From NCBI RefSeq assembly GCF_003704095.1, contig NW_020846105.1, positions 124,001 through 188,000 of the forward strand: DNA of 64,000 nucleotides. Direction: 5' to 3'. The stretch is from Pocillopora damicornis (lineage: Eukaryota). The position numbers and the translations under genes are program-made. The number at the start of each line of letters is the position of its first letter. Positions within the stretch are counted from its first letter, which is position 1. Under the pieces are notes generated by a model, which ran no database searches, was not told where the DNA came from, and saw nothing but the letters and a program-made list of their open reading frames with translations. Shown piece by piece: positions 50,841 to 64,000 of the stretch.

Positions 50841-53800
50841 GTGATAGGTCAGTGTTTGGATTTCAGAGCCAGTTTCCGGATGGTTAATAGTATCGAGAGC
50901 GAGTTGTTTAGTTCGTCAAGGATTTCGTGTGAGTGTTCTGGAATTTGGCCTATGGGGTTTATATCGTAAATAACTAAGATACGAAAACTTCCAGAGTTGG
51001 TTTACCATTTTAAGGATTCATTCAGTTACAATATCTGGTACCAAACACAAATTTCCAGCCGCGGTGAGTACCCTTCGCAGTAAGCGGTCGATCGCATTTT
51101 TGCAAAACTTTTTAGTCTTGGGCAAATTTTTCTTATCAAGTAGAATACTGAAGCAATACGGACTAACTTTCGTCTTATTGGCTATGATGTATTTCGAACA
51201 TCGTCTGGAATAATTCGTAGTTTAGACTAACTGGAATCTCTGTCCGTCGTACAACCTCTCGATGGTTCGTCGATACGATCAAATTTCTTTTCGACTGAAA
51301 AACGTTTTCGGAAAAGAATTATGGTTTTTTCTTGTAAATGAAGAAATGAATACTTTAATCGTGACATATTTAAGTGACTGCATGATCCGTTGTTTGAACT
51401 GTGAAAAGGGATGGATTTTGTCCAATTTTAGTATGTGATTGTATGGAACACAGCGAACATATTCGTTCGTGACATTTTTGACAAGTTGGGGTCACTCGTG
51501 CGTCTACGGATATTTCGTATGAAGTATTGTTCCAGAAGTGCGAGTGTGGCTTCCGCTTTCTTCGTATGACGTGAACTAAACCAAAAGTATTCTTCTCCAA
51601 GGATCGTGAAGCTATGTTGTGCCGCTATTTCAATTATGATAAGCTAGTCTGAGCATTTATTTCCATTAAATTTGGTCTCGATTTCAACAGCGCTCGCGTC
51701 GAACGTGGCAAGTTTAATAACGTACCCAGTGGAGTCTTCAGTATGTTCGCTTTTGGTTTAATTTTTGAGCCGATTTCAGTATCATTATGATAGACCTGCT
51801 CCGAATGGATCTGGTTAGGTTACAGAATGCCTCGCTTGTTTACGTAAGATACCTCACGCGCAGTTAAACAAAGTTAGGGCAATCAGTTAGGCTTAGGGCA
51901 CTCTGAAGTGTATATCACCTGAAATTGGAATTTTTAACCACAAACCAGTTGCGGCAATGTGTCCTTGTTTCGGCATTTTTGCATACAACGTCATCTTATT
52001 TTTCCTCTTGCCATCTTCTTTTGTCAATTAGTAACATCCTTCAATGAGAAAGGTCGATAGAATGCAAGGCTATTATTCTGCAGTGTCTCTTGAGGTTAAA
52101 TTGAACTCTCCTAAATATTACTTATTTGCACAGTGTATTTTCATTCATCCCGTCTTTAATTAATCACAATGTGCTCTTATGGTTGAGGATGGTAAAATTG
52201 GAATACTTCAAACTACCATCTTTGATTTAATTCAGCTATATTTACTGAGGTCTTGTTTTGTTCCAAACCAGCTGCTATGATTTTATAACAAATTACTATG
52301 TTTAATTTATCAAGGTCTTAAAAGTTTGTAAACATCATTTGGGAATGGTTAATTTAAATTATATGACAAATTCCATAGTTGATCAGGATTATCCATGTTT
52401 TAACATGTCCCATGTATGAGTAAATTCTTATTTTTGGAAAAATTACTCACTGATCTAGCTCAAATGGTAAAACAATTATTATCCACATGACAAATAGTTG
52501 ACCTGAGTTTGATTAGATACTGTGTATCACAAGCTCTACCTTGTGATCACTGAAGTCTTATGTATTAGCTTGTATCTCACAGCTCGATACCGCCTCACCA
52601 GGTGCAAAATGCCACCATTAGCACCCTTAAACCTTTATGAATAGATTCTTTGTCATGTGAACAATTAAGGAAAAGGCAGCCTTAAAGGGGTGAAGGTGGA
52701 AAATATTACATCATTTATCTATACCTAAGGTGTAAGGGGGAATTTGTGCCTCCCTCCATCAAGGAAAATATTATCTCTCACAGGATTGTAAAGTCTGCTA
52801 AGGTTAGTTATCAAGTGGGCAATGTTTTATTACTGACAGTGAAAAAGTTTGACCATGTTTGAATAATAGGCTTAAGTCTTTCCTTAAAGACGGCAAAGAT
52901 ATTGACAAACTTAGGTTCTTAGTTTTTTACAATGAAATTATCTTTTGTACACAGTATTCCTTACATGTAATCCACACAATTACAAACAGAAGGTTGGCAG
53001 AACATTTTTCTGGCTATGAATAATTTCTAGGGACCTTACAGAGGGTCATTGTGATATAATTCTATTTTAATTTGATTGACATTTCCATGGAATAAATTAT
53101 TGTTTATGCTGTTTGAGAATTTTTTATTGGCCTTGTTGAGGAATGTGTTTGGCTTATTTTTAATCGGATTGTAAACATGAAGTATCATAGGTTGTTAATT
53201 TTCATACAGCAACTTGTTCTATTCTAGAAATTATACTTGACCAATGTTTTGATAATGTCAATAGTCATGGAGGTCCAAAAGCTTTTTATTTTTATCTAAG
53301 TGTATTCAATAATTATGTTTTTTCAATATATGATAATTTCAGTCAAAATTATATACTTCATTAAAATTTTGAATTTTTTTCTGATGTCTTAAAGGAAGTG
53401 ATTTTGTAGTGCTTTAGATTTGGTCTTTGTAGGAAAATTGGTTTGAATTTGAATGTACAAACTGATTTAGGTGCAGTGTTATTCAATGCAGAACTCTTTG
53501 TTGAAACAATTTTAGTCTGGTGTTCAATGAAAAAATGATGTTTCTATGAAAAATTTTGCATAAAAATTTTGTAGTTATCTTAAATGAGACAGAATGAGCC
53601 CTCAAGCGGTTTAATCCATGAATTATTTAATTAGCTGATCATTAATCCTTGTCTTAAAGTGCATCTTTTTCACAGACTACTAAAAATGGCATTAAAAAGA
53701 GATCTTCATGTTCAATACTATTTATCCATCTTTTGTTAATGTTGAATTTTCCATAGCTATATTATTGCTCAGTCCATAAGTGCAGAATCTCTATCAATGA

Positions 53801-54426
53801 TTTTGTATAACTGTTACAGAATTATGCTGCTTTGAATTTTGTCACTGTGCACACACCTGCACCTACTAATGACTATTCTATGGTTAATCTTCACAATCTT
53901 GTACACTTATATCAGTAGCTTTCATATTTGATGCATGGACCATGTCTTAGAGACCAGATGTCTGTCTGCATCTGATCATCAATGACTCGCCAATTACACA
54001 TAATAACTGAAAATGAAAACAAAGCTAACTTGTTCTAAAAATGATCATGGTTGACCTGTAATAGCTTCCCTCTTGCGACGTTTCTTTGTTAACACTGATG
54101 ATAACCATGATTTTTTTTTCAATCCTTTTTGGCCATTATGTCCTAATAAACCAATATGAAACTGAAGAATGTTATTTTACACTGATCAATTTTAAAACAG
54201 GTATGACAATGATAACTTACGCATGAATTACATTACACAAACAAAGTATTCATGGATATGGACTATGCTGTGAAAATTTAATTAGTGCACAAAATTTTGA
54301 CAGTTCTCTTTGTCTTCTTTCAGGTCATTTATAGTGCATCAATTATACAGTTCAAGTCTTTTGTGTCTTGCTGAGCCCTTGACTGGTTAAAAAAGCTGCA
54401 TATTAAAATCTATTGTTTAGAATAGC

Positions 54427-57400
54427 ATGCCGAAAGAGATGATAAATGGCTTACCTAGGGAATCGCTAGTTCTCAACAAAGTTGCAAAGCCCAAGAGAGT
54501 TGTTTCTGCTTTCCATCAAACCAGTTTACCCAGTGGTATAGTTAAGCAGAATAATACAGATTTGTTTGTCAGAGGTGATGACACTCATGAGAATGGTAAT
54601 GGAGTGGAATCATCTGGAACCCCACTTGTTATGCGGAAAGATCGTCTTGTTCAAGAGATAGAAAACAGCCTTGCAGAAATAGAGGACCATTATTCTAACA
54701 CCAGCAAATTAGAAGAAGAGAGGTCTGTTGTTGAAATGGAAAGGAACTCTCTCCTGAAAGATATTGAAGAGACAATAACAGAAATTCAGAATCATGTGCT
54801 GAATTCATCTGATGTGGCTTTTGAGAAAGAGGCTCTGCAGGATGAGTGTGATGGTTTGCGTGATCAAGTGGATCATTTGAAAACACTTTTAGATAATTCA
54901 GCTGGCTTGGAAAATGGTGATGAGAATGATGATTTGTCCCATGAATTAAAGCAACAAAACCTTGCTTTGAAAGCGGATATTGAGAATTTAACTTTAGAAA
55001 ATGAACAATTAAAAGGCAAAGGTCAGAATACTAATATGGGTGATCATACATCAAATTTATTGGCCAGAGAACTGGAATTGTTACATGATGAAAATGAAAA
55101 CCTGCAAAAACTTCTTCAAATGGCAGAGGAATCAGAAGGCAGTATTACTAAAGAACTGACAAATGCTCAATCAAAACAAGCAGAAATGCAAAAGCTGAAT
55201 GAAAGCTTAAAGAAAGAAAATAAAAAGCTGAAATCCTTGAAAGAACAACTAGAATTAGACAGGGAAGAGCTTGAGGAAGAGGTGGATAGTTTGCAGAAGA
55301 GGTTGAGTAACAGTGGAGATCAAAATGGAAATGTTGTAATGCTGAAGGTAAAATTTTTGAATTTTCAATTTCATTTCTTGGAACTGATTTTTATTCTGAG
55401 GGAATAGCGTTCACCTTCTTTAAGTATGCAACTTAATTCTATAGCATATGAAGTTGAATGTGGACTGATGTTATTGAACTCTCATTGGCAGTTGACTTAA
55501 GAGTTCCAGTTTTGTTATCACAACTAGAGGTAGAGAAAGTTATTGCCATTTCTTTTCATAAAGATCTCATCTCAATTTTGTCGATAGTGGTTGTATGTGT
55601 GTGTGGAGTCTATTTTCATTTGTTCTAATTAAGAACCAAAGTTGGTCTGAGAAGGAGAATTGGCTGCCATCATCAACTATTGGTTGAGCTAACAATTCAC
55701 CACTCTTTTAATTTTTTCTTAGGAATCAAAAGAAGATCTAGCTAAATCGGAAAGAAAGTGCACCCTACTTGAGAAAGAGAAGAGTGCATTGACTAAGAAA
55801 GTTGATCAACTTGAAAAAGAAATACAGCAACTGAAGGAACAAAAAGAAAAGGTATCAGAAAATGCATCGCCTAAACCCACTCAGAATGTTCTACAGTTGA
55901 AGTCAGCTCTTGAAAAACTGAACAAGGAAACATCCACACTTCATGAATCACTGGAAAAGGCAGAGAAGGAGATAACATCTCTGAAAGAAGATCTGGAAAA
56001 GGAGAGGGAAGAGAAACAAAAGTGGAGAGCAAGTGCAAGTGAAAAAGGGAAAAAGCAGAAAAGTCAAAAAGACAAAGAGAGTGAAGTTAGTAGAACTAAT
56101 GATGATCACAGCAGTGAAGTGGAACCTTTCAAGAAAGAAATTTATAATTTGAAAAGTGAATGTGAGTGTCTGTCAGAGACTGTTGCTAAGACTGCAAATG
56201 AAAAACGTCAAATGGCTAAAGAAATGGAAGCACTTAATCAAGAAAAGACAAAACATGAATCAAAACTTGTTGAACTTGAAGGGATCATTGAGGAGTTAAC
56301 AAAAATCAAGACAGAGAAAGAAGAATTAGAGGGAACATATTCAAATCTAAGAAATCTTCATCAAGAACTTGCTCAGAGGCTACAAATCGCCAATAAAAGC
56401 AACACTGAAAAAGATGAAATACTGCAAAGAACTTCAAGTGAGAAACAGTCAGTTGAAAAACTCTGCAAAGAATATGAGGACACCATTGAAAAGCTAAAGA
56501 ATGACTTAGCCCTATCCAATAAAAATTTAGTAACCAAAGAGGAGGAAGTAAAACTGATCAAGAGAAATTTGGATGATCAGAAGAGAGAGTTGTCTGCAGC
56601 TTGTGAAGAAGAGAAACAAGAGAAGCATAAACTTCATGAGGAAATACAAGAAATGTCTGCCAGATTGAAATCTTCTGAGGGAGAGTTAAACTCTGTACGT
56701 CAGTCTCAGGCAAGTAAAGGATCTGAACTTCAAAACTTAAGAATTATGGTTGATGAGATCCGAAAAGAGTTAAAATTAACACAACAGAATTTACGAGAGA
56801 CAGAGGAAGCAAGACTTGTTGCAGAAGAAAAGGCTGATTTGGCTGAGAAGGCCAAAGAGGATTTGGAGAAGTCTAATGCAGTTTTCAATGATATGGCTAT
56901 GGAGAAATCTCTAGAGCTCTCTCGAATGAAGAGGAATTTGGAAAAAAAGGTGGAGAAGCTTACAAAAGAAAACAGTGAACTGCGGAAGAAACTTGGACTT
57001 GACATACCAAGCTCAACCAGGTCTCAGTCACCTCCAAGGCTGTCTCCTGTAGCTGTTCAAATGCAGAAAATCCCAAGCCTCGATGTGAACTTGGAACACC
57101 TTTCTAAACCATCCCAGAGACAACGCAACAATGGTCTGCAAAGGCAGTCTCTGGATCAAAGTGCATCATCTCTACAGAGGGCTGTAAATGGTCCAGTGTC
57201 TGATAAGAGATTAAGACGCTCAAGTGTGGATAGTGACTCTGCTGTTGATTACCAGAATCAAAGGAAATATGTGGATGATTTTGTAAAACCTCTTCGAAAG
57301 GCAGAAGTTGTTAATTCTGTTCCCTCAGAATACAAGGTTGTTGCTTCTGAAGCTCCTTCAGTTCCCCCAAAGCAGCAGTTCACAAGCTCTGTTGTGCATG

Positions 57401-58163
57401 TTATGTCATCACCAGGAGGTAGTCAAAGTTCCACAGCAGCAAGAGAGGATTCTGGGTTCCAAAGAGCAACTTACGGTAATCATTGGAGAGATAGTGAAAG
57501 AAGCAGGGAAGAAAGAAGAGTTGAGGAACAGAAATGGGAGGAGAAAGAAAGGTATATGTGTAGAACAGTGCCTAGTAATTCATTTTTTTTTTTTAGTTGC
57601 TAGCTGAATAAGAAATACATGTGTGTATATGATGCACCAACTCTTCTCCATCTTTTCCTTGCTACAGTAATTTATTACAACAAGAAAGATGATAAATTTT
57701 AAGCTTGATTACCAGTTACAGATGGATGTTTTTCAGTTTGTTCATGAGAATGGGATAAAAGAAAGATCTGAGTGCCCCATATGAAACTGAGCCCCAGAAT
57801 TTCAGACTCAATATCTTTCCTTTTCCCATGCTCATGACCTAATGAAGAAAACTTGTCACATGAACAAGATAATGGCCCAGATTACCACTGAGTTCTCTCT
57901 ATGGTGGAACTTAATGCTAGAGTGTCAAATGTTAAAATCAGATCATCTTGGTTTTTAATTCCTTGCAACAAGTAATCATTAATCATCATTGTAAGTGTAA
58001 TTTATACACTTGTGATGTCCAGAGATGACCATGCTTTATATACAAGCTCTCTTTACTTTACAGGCCACCAGAAAACACAGTTAAACAAGACAATAGTGAA
58101 TCTGCATTTCAAGTTGTAGGATATCGGAAAGGTGGAAAAGTCATTCATGAACACTGGGTGTGA
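54427..58163 (+). CDS. Uncharacterised long coiled-coil protein (~949 aa) with a Ser/Pro/Gln-rich tail ending GKVIHEHWV
   Basis: Exons 54427-55347, 55723-57551 and 58064-58163 join in phase (2850 nt). E/K/L-rich heptad pattern over most of the length. A likely non-coding 5' exon ends at the GTGAGT donor near 51064, with acceptor near 54323. Confidence 0.8.
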
Positions 58164-59261
58164 CATGAAACACATTACTCTGAAGGAGACAGTTTTGTTA
58201 TAGGTCTTGTGAGAACAGAAAAAGAGATTGATAACAAGTTATGAATTCTTCTCAACAACACTTTCGTTCTTTGTATGTTTTTGTGTTTAGATCAGGGAGA
58301 TACTTAAAATGACATACTCTGACTACTAAATATCATCGCTTACATATCAAAGAAACAGATGTTATCATACACGGTTCTCCTCTCTCTCCCCTCCCCCCAC
58401 CTTCATTAGGGTTGCAAAGGGGTTACACAAGGTTGCTGCATATGTCATACATACATTACATTGTTCAAGAACAATAGGCCATAGAGACTGTTTTGACTTT
58501 TTCTGGCATCCAGTTATAATTTAGCATCTAGTCTGATTATGTCTAAATTGCTATTTTGCATATAATGTAAATCAAGGGACTTTGAATCTCTTTCTTTCAA
58601 AGATAATACATGACAGAATCCAATGGATTGAATGAAAAGCAATTGACTTATCAATATTAACCAAGCAGCTCTGTTGTTTCAAGAGCATTTCAAGCCAGAT
58701 CCCTGAAACTGCTGTGAATCAGCAATTGTGTCTTTTCAGAGTAGCATCTAGATGTGTAGGACATGGGTGGAAGCAAATTTTCAGTTAATAGAGGATATGA
58801 ACAGTTAAAAATAATGTGTGATTAAGCTTTGTCAACATTTAATGCTGTTTTCATTTTGTTGTACATTGTAATCAAATAAGGAAATCGAGTGATTAAGGCT
58901 CTCTTAAGGAACCCTCCAGGAAGACGCTCATTTGTAACAAACCTTTTCCATGGGACATTCATTACATTTTGATAAAAAACACTAGATCTCGTTTTATTAC
59001 AATGCTTTTCTTGCTTGGGAACTTGATGTCTCTTTGCTAGAGGATTTTATATACCAGTTCATTGCCATATGTTAGTTTGTATATCACTTATAAGAAGTAA
59101 GTGCTCCATCAGTCAATTTCTCATAAATTATTGTTAGTTATTTTTCACCTCTGGAATTAAAGGGATCAGGCAATTAATTTGTTGGCTAATGATTTTGTTA
59201 CTGCAGGACTTCAAGGCATTTTCTCTTATAATGCATAATTTGCATTATTGATGCTTATTTC

Positions 59262-59292
<31 letters not shown>

Positions 59293-60306
59293 GTTTTTTT
59301 AATCTCTTTTTGCTTAATTGCTTTTCATTTACTGAAAATCATTTTTCCAGGTGCTTTATATTTGCTTCAACTAAAGTTTAGGATCTAATTTTCCTTACAC
59401 GTTACCACCATGTTAATATAGATCTTACAATTAATAATAATTTTGCATACAGTGTAGGGCGTCATATTGAAAAAAGTTTTGTTTATTGAAATAAGTTAAA
59501 ATTTGTTAGATTCATATTTTGTAAAATATTGTATATTGCATAATTGAATGAATATCAACAGCTAATAAAGGGAATAATTTGAGATATTGTCTATAACTGT
59601 GTTCAGATGAGAGAAGTTTTGATTACATCAGAGCAGTAAAGTTTAATATTAGCTTTTTCCAAGGGACGGCAATTTGGGGTGGCTATGATGAAGCTTTGAG
59701 GGTGTTACTCATGTTAAAAGAGCATTCCAGAATGTCCATTATAACAAAACTTGCGTTCGCCAGAAGCGAAATTAAGTTGGAATTGAGTGATGAATACTTT
59801 GAAGTGTGGCAGGAAGAACGGTTTTCCATTGCAGTGACTTAAGTATTCACTCCGGAGAGAACAAACCCGTCAGAAAGACCTGTAAGTGGCAGTAGTTAGG
59901 TGTGGTAGGGTATGTGCTTGTGAGTCCGAAAGGGATGCACTCCCTGCTTCTCTCTTTGAACATTTTTAACGAAGTTTTATGCAACCTTCAAGTGAAGAAC
60001 TTGAGTCTTGAGCGATGAACTTGAGTTTTGAGCCATGAACATCTCTGTTAAACGCACCTATCAGTTTTCTCAGAGTAACTCTGTTTTCCCCGGCGCATTC
60101 CCATGAACTCGTAAAGGATGGGAGGGCTACTCACCGGAAGTTATTACCGAAAGTAATCATGCATGAAGCTCGACCGAGTCCTCCGCATTACATTATTGTC
60201 CAAAAAAAAAACCTATGGCGACGTGAGCTCGCGTAGGTAAATGGGTTGATGGGTCAGTCTTGTAGATAAAATGGACGATAAATGACAGATTAAGATAAAG
60301 TTAGCT

Positions 60307-63300
60307 ATGGAGGGGGAGCGCTCAGAATATACGAGAGATAAAGTCGTCGACGAAAAATCTCCCCTCCTTTCTGAGCAAGGCGATTCAAGCAATGCGGTCA
60401 AAGACAGGTCCCGTGCTTCAAATAGTTCAAGGTATGCACAGCCGCAGGAAATGAAAGAGATATCAATAGCTTATTCTTCCTTTTTAAAATAATTAATTCG
60501 TAGAAAGCAGCTCTCTCACCTGAAAACTTGCAAATTCAACGATTATTTTGTAATGTGGTGTTTTATAGATGATATTGCAACAATTACGTGAACTATTTTA
60601 ATTTTTTTTTCTTTATGTAAGATGCTTCCTTGAGATAGATTTTAAGGTTTTTGGACATCAATAAAAAGACTATCGGTATTTCTAGTAGATAAAGGGGGGT
60701 TTGCTGAACTGGGTGGTGGAGAAGACGGAATAGGAGAGTAGAGACATATGTTCAAACTCTTTCAAAATATTTACATACCTACTTCACAATTTTTAATACT
60801 TAGAAGCTGACTCTCGTTATTTCTTCCTTAGCTTGTTGACTTTCAGGATATTTTAGGCTCATTATGAGGTAATTTTTGGGAATACGTCATATTTTTATTT
60901 AAGGGTTTGAATGTGTATGTCTGGAATCTATGTCAGTATCTGAGCAACTGCACACCTACCCCTGCCCTTACCCAACAACAAGTTAGGGTTAACATTGAGT
61001 CAGGTGAGGGATAAGTGCACAATTGCTCAGGTACCCACGCTGATCAAATATTTTTATTTATTTATTTATATATTTTATTGTTTGTGTAGGGGCCTATATG
61101 ATAGCAATTCCACTCATGATGGTTCATTGAATAGCGAGTCATCGAACAACTTTGCAAAGAGGAAGCCCTTTCATTACAACACACTTAGAAATCCCGTTGT
61201 TACACCTCATGATATGGACATAGCTGCTAAGTTCAATCGCTACAGATACATATCCAGACTGTCTAGACACAATGTGGTAAGGACAATACGATGCTAATTT
61301 ACATAGTTTTAAATATGGAACTGTACAATTGTAAAAATGAGTTTTTAGTTTTTTCCCAATTGGTATAGGTACAAAAGTTTTTTTTCAGCTTTTATAAATC
61401 CTTATGGACTTTTAACAATTTTTTATAGAAATTCTTAACTTATTCTTAACTTATTCTTCCTAACCTGTTTTTTTTTTGTTTTTTTTTTGGATAAGCAGGA
61501 TCAGAAGGATGGAATCCAAAGTCACTCTGATCTGATAAATCCCCTCTGTCCTAATATAAATATTACTGAGAAATAGTATGCAAGAACGCAAGAATCCATG
61601 TATAAAAGTTGACCTTAATTCCCTAATTAAAAGCTTAATGTCACATCTACCTGGGCAATGCTTATTAGAAATTTTTTTTTCTCTTATTTAGATTATTCCA
61701 AGACATATACTTCCACCTCACTTATTTCTTGTCATCCCGAAAGAATCAGATGAAAAACAAAGCAGTCTGGTCACAATGTTAGTTAAGTTGTTATTAATAA
61801 ATATTTGATTACAAATGTTAACTGTACCATATAGTAAACCTAGATCTGATATATCATTCTGGCTAAGCATAGGGATGTACTTATCAAATGGTAAACCATT
61901 ATGATAATGGACTCTCATCAGGTAATTGTTGGCTATGAAATAGGCATGCCTTTGTTTGTGAGTTAGTTAGTGAGGTATTGAATCAACAGGCCCAGGTATG
62001 AGCTAGAACAATGCTTAGTGTTGATATCTTGAGCGTGACACTTCCCNNNNNNNNNNNNNNNNNNNNNNNNNNNNNNNNNNNNNNNNNNNNNNNNNNNNNN
62101 NNNNNNNNNNNNNNNNNNNNNNNNNNNNNNNNNNNNNNNNNNNNNNNNNNNNNNNNNNNNNNNNNNNNNNNNNNNNNNNNNNNNNNNNNNNNNNNNNNNN
62201 NNNNNNNNNNNNNNNNNNNNNNNNNNNNNNNNNNNNNNNNNNNNNNNNNNNNNNNNNNNNNNNNNNNNNNNNNNNNNNNNNNNNNNNNNNNNNNNNNNNN
62301 NNNNNNNNNNNNAGCTTTAACCAATATAAGCTAAGTGTTGACAATCCTTTGATGTTATCTTAATCTACTAATAACAGCAATGATTTCAGTATTAACACTT
62401 GCCAGGAAGGAATTTATCTGATTATATGTATATTTTTCATTTTATGATATTTTTCCAGTTTTTCAATTTGGAACACAATGATGGGTACCTCACTATTAAG
62501 TATACCTTGGGCAATTGATCAGGTTTGTGAATAAATAAAAATAAAGAGTTAGACTAAAATGATATTTATAGAAGATACATTACAAGATAAAGAACTCTCA
62601 CTGGTGAAAGACTGAGGTACTGATTTGATTCACTCGGAGTGTTCCCATACTAATCCTGATTAAACAAAAAAAAGGACCAGTTTTATTATGTCTGTGTGTG
62701 TCTCAGCACTAATACGATATGAACTACAATAAAGAACAGTAGCCAGTAAAAACACTAACTGTAAGTTAACAATGAATGTATCATATCATGTTTTCCAGGC
62801 TGGTTTTGCTCTTGCCATTATTCTCTTGGTTGTCATGGCAGGTCTTTGCCTCTATAGCTGTTACTTGATAATAAGATGTGCAGAAGAAACGGGTTAGTGA
62901 GGTTTTTGAATTCACATGATTATAATGTTATTCATTATTAATGATATACGAAATTAATATAACATGTTTATGCAAGTAACTTTATTAGTGACTGATTATA
63001 AATTTTCATGATGTAATTAATTAGGCCGTAATTCTGCCCTTCATGAAACATAGATCCTTGCCTGCCCTAGATAGGACCTGACTCCTAATTAGTTGGTTTG
63101 ATTTTCAATTTACCGTTCCTTTAGCAAAACAAGGTGACGTCCTAGAATTTTCTGATATCTGTAAGAAGTACCTTGGTAAGCCAGGAGAGTTCATTGCAAT
63201 CCTGTTTTCTGTGGCTGCTAATGCTGGAGGGGCCATAGTCTTTTGGGTTTTAATGAGCAGCTTCTTGTTCTATTCTGGAAAGTACATTCATGGTAACTAT

Positions 63301-63746
63301 CTTCTTTTGTATTAGCTTGATGCAAGGTTTTGGTCAGTACAGGTCTTCAGGAAATGGCAGAAAATTTAAAAATGGGTCACTGTAATTTGTTTTTACCACT
63401 AATTAAATGATTCATTCATTGGAAGGGAGTTGTATTCCCCATATGTTATACAGATTAAAAGTGAGTAGTGCTTAAATTTTTAACATTTCATCTTTATTTA
63501 ATTATTTATTATTTTTCAAGTTTTGTAGAATCTCTTTGCTAAAACAATGTACTAATTTGTATTCTTATCCTGTTTTAAAAATTATTTTATTTTTCCTTCC
63601 TGTGTTATTTCTATTATTATTACTGTTAGTATCATAATTATTAAACAGACTATTAATTTGTGTTATAGAGACTGTCCATCATGCTTATTCAGTTCCCACT
63701 TCCAGAAATATTACAAATGGAAGCTTCTCCCCAGGCCACTTAGAAG
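60307..63746 (+). CDS. SLC38A9: Lysosomal amino-acid transceptor SLC38A9, 5' part (continues beyond the window)
   Basis: Exons 60307-60431 (EKSPLL dileucine), 61090-61276 (KRKPFHY...RYRYISRL), ~61692-61777 (SSLVT), 62458-62522 (IWNTMMGTSLLSIPW), 62799-62892 (AGF...LYSCY), ~63125-63292 (EFSDICKKYLG...FWVLMS.FL), 63669-63746. WNTMMGTS is the diagnostic TM1 motif. Confidence 0.93.
60923..61047. mobile_element. Palindromic MITE-like element, family A (copy 3, degenerate right arm)
   Basis: atgtcagtatctgagcaactgcacacctacccctgccc ... gtgcacaattgctcaggtac. Confidence 0.6.
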
Positions 63747-64000
63747 GTATTTTGGTGTGAATTAATCCAAGAGAACTATTTACTTTTCAATCTTATAAAT
63801 CTTAAATGTGTGGCTTGAATACAACTTTTTCTGCTCAATTACTCCTAATCAGATACCCATATTTTCTATTCCTTTCTCCTTCCATACTCCATCTTTTGAT
63901 TTACCATCTTAACGTTTTGATTTTCTATCTTTTGATGTTCCATCTTTTCAGGTTCAGTTCATCCTTTTCCCATTAATTTTTACCATCCTTTCCTTTTTGC

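Noticed and set aside
54695-57005. Antisense ORFs rich in Ser/Phe/Leu within the coiled-coil gene (similar ones at 26172-26387, 28960-29250, 45027-45227)
   Set aside because: These are shadows of the coding strand's codon bias.
59997-60040. 20-bp direct repeat upstream of SLC38A9, and the 24-bp repeat at 33245-33302, as possible CRISPR-like arrays
   Set aside because: Only about two adjacent copies, no unique spacers, eukaryotic context.
60216-60228. CLEAR/TFEB element upstream of SLC38A9 (GACGTGA)
   Set aside because: Only a partial match to GTCACGTGAC; not supportable.
61983-62344. ORFs spanning N-runs (also 2-217, 1514-1729, 2861-3073, 5866-6273, 12866-13147, 20334-20632)
   Set aside because: They are open only because the gaps contain no stop codons.

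Overview
AT-rich, intron-rich animal genomic DNA from a draft scaffold with eight N-gaps. The gene content and repeats suggest a cnidarian, probably a robust-clade stony coral (inference). I rebuilt nine spliced genes by reading GT-AG junctions by hand. In order: an FRRS1-like Reeler-DOMON-DOMON-cytochrome b561 reductase (-; its 3' exons lie on an apparently flipped contig), PSMG3 (+), RAD17 (-; with a nearby inverted pseudogenic partial copy), a CUB-3xIg MuSK-like receptor with a degenerate tyrosine kinase domain (+), RNF170 (-), FARSA (+), a fungal-type trifunctional histidine biosynthesis gene (yeast HIS4-like, HisI-HisE-HisD; -), YIPF1 (+), an unassigned ~949-aa coiled-coil protein (+) and the 5' part of SLC38A9 (+). 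The first eight form four head-to-head pairs. Highlights: (1) an intact, 8-intron de novo histidine biosynthesis enzyme in an animal, carrying an N-terminal degenerate HisA-like TIM barrel; (2) a MuSK-like pseudokinase receptor with CUB in place of the Frizzled CRD that keeps NPxY and a PDZ-type tail; (3) two MITE families, one of which sits just upstream of 3' splice sites in all three copies. No CRISPR, rRNA or tRNA was seen. Exon coordinates were counted by hand and may be off by a few bases.
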